Assembly: GCA_965140705.1 (NCBI GenBank)
Contig: OZ223302.1
Coordinates: 256,001 to 320,000, forward strand
DNA length: 64,000 bases
Direction: 5' to 3'
Source: an uncultured Arcobacter sp.
Lineage (GTDB): Bacteria > Campylobacterota > Campylobacteria > Campylobacterales > Arcobacteraceae
Shown: positions 63,966 to 64,000 of the stretch, in pieces
Position numbering within the stretch: position 1 is the stretch's first letter
Layout: each line of letters starts with the position of its first letter
Notes under the pieces: model-generated
Database searches by the model: none
The model's input: only the letters and a program-made list of their open reading frames with translations
Told to the model about the DNA's origin: nothing
Translations under genes and position numbers: made by a program

Positions 63966-64000
63966 ATGGAAAGAAGAGATTTTATGAAAATAGCAGGGGC
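63966..64000 (+). CDS. Start of a Tat-signal protein, truncated by the window end
   Basis: AAAGGA RBS; MERRDFMKIAG. Confidence 0.7.
   Translation, partial: MERRDFMKIAG

Overview
AT-rich chromosomal window from a Campylobacterota bacterium, most likely Arcobacteraceae, judged from rRNA/tRNA sequences, frdCAB type, the dynamin-like pair and gene style. It holds a partial rrn operon on the minus strand (16S-Ile-Ala-23S), an Fe3+ ABC transporter, a complex I (nuo) operon with citrate synthase embedded in it, frdCAB, a dynamin-like pair and eight tRNAs. Next comes an iron locus with seven Fur boxes, then sucCD and mixed metabolic/transport genes (thyA-folA, amino-acid ABC, atzF). Two candidates stand out. 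(1) About 38.4-45.1 kb: a ferrosome (fez)-like cluster with a P1B-6-type ATPase (DYSCALKL, HNGTT), an HMA-like protein, a membrane-tailed ferritin-like protein, several Gly-rich small membrane proteins, its own Fur paralog, three unannotated small ORFs and flavodoxin. (2) A NuoF whose nucleotide pocket is remodelled (three adenine-stacking Phe lost, discriminating Glu replaced by Lys), suggesting a complex I with a donor other than NADH. All calls come from motif reading and recalled family knowledge; no searches were run.
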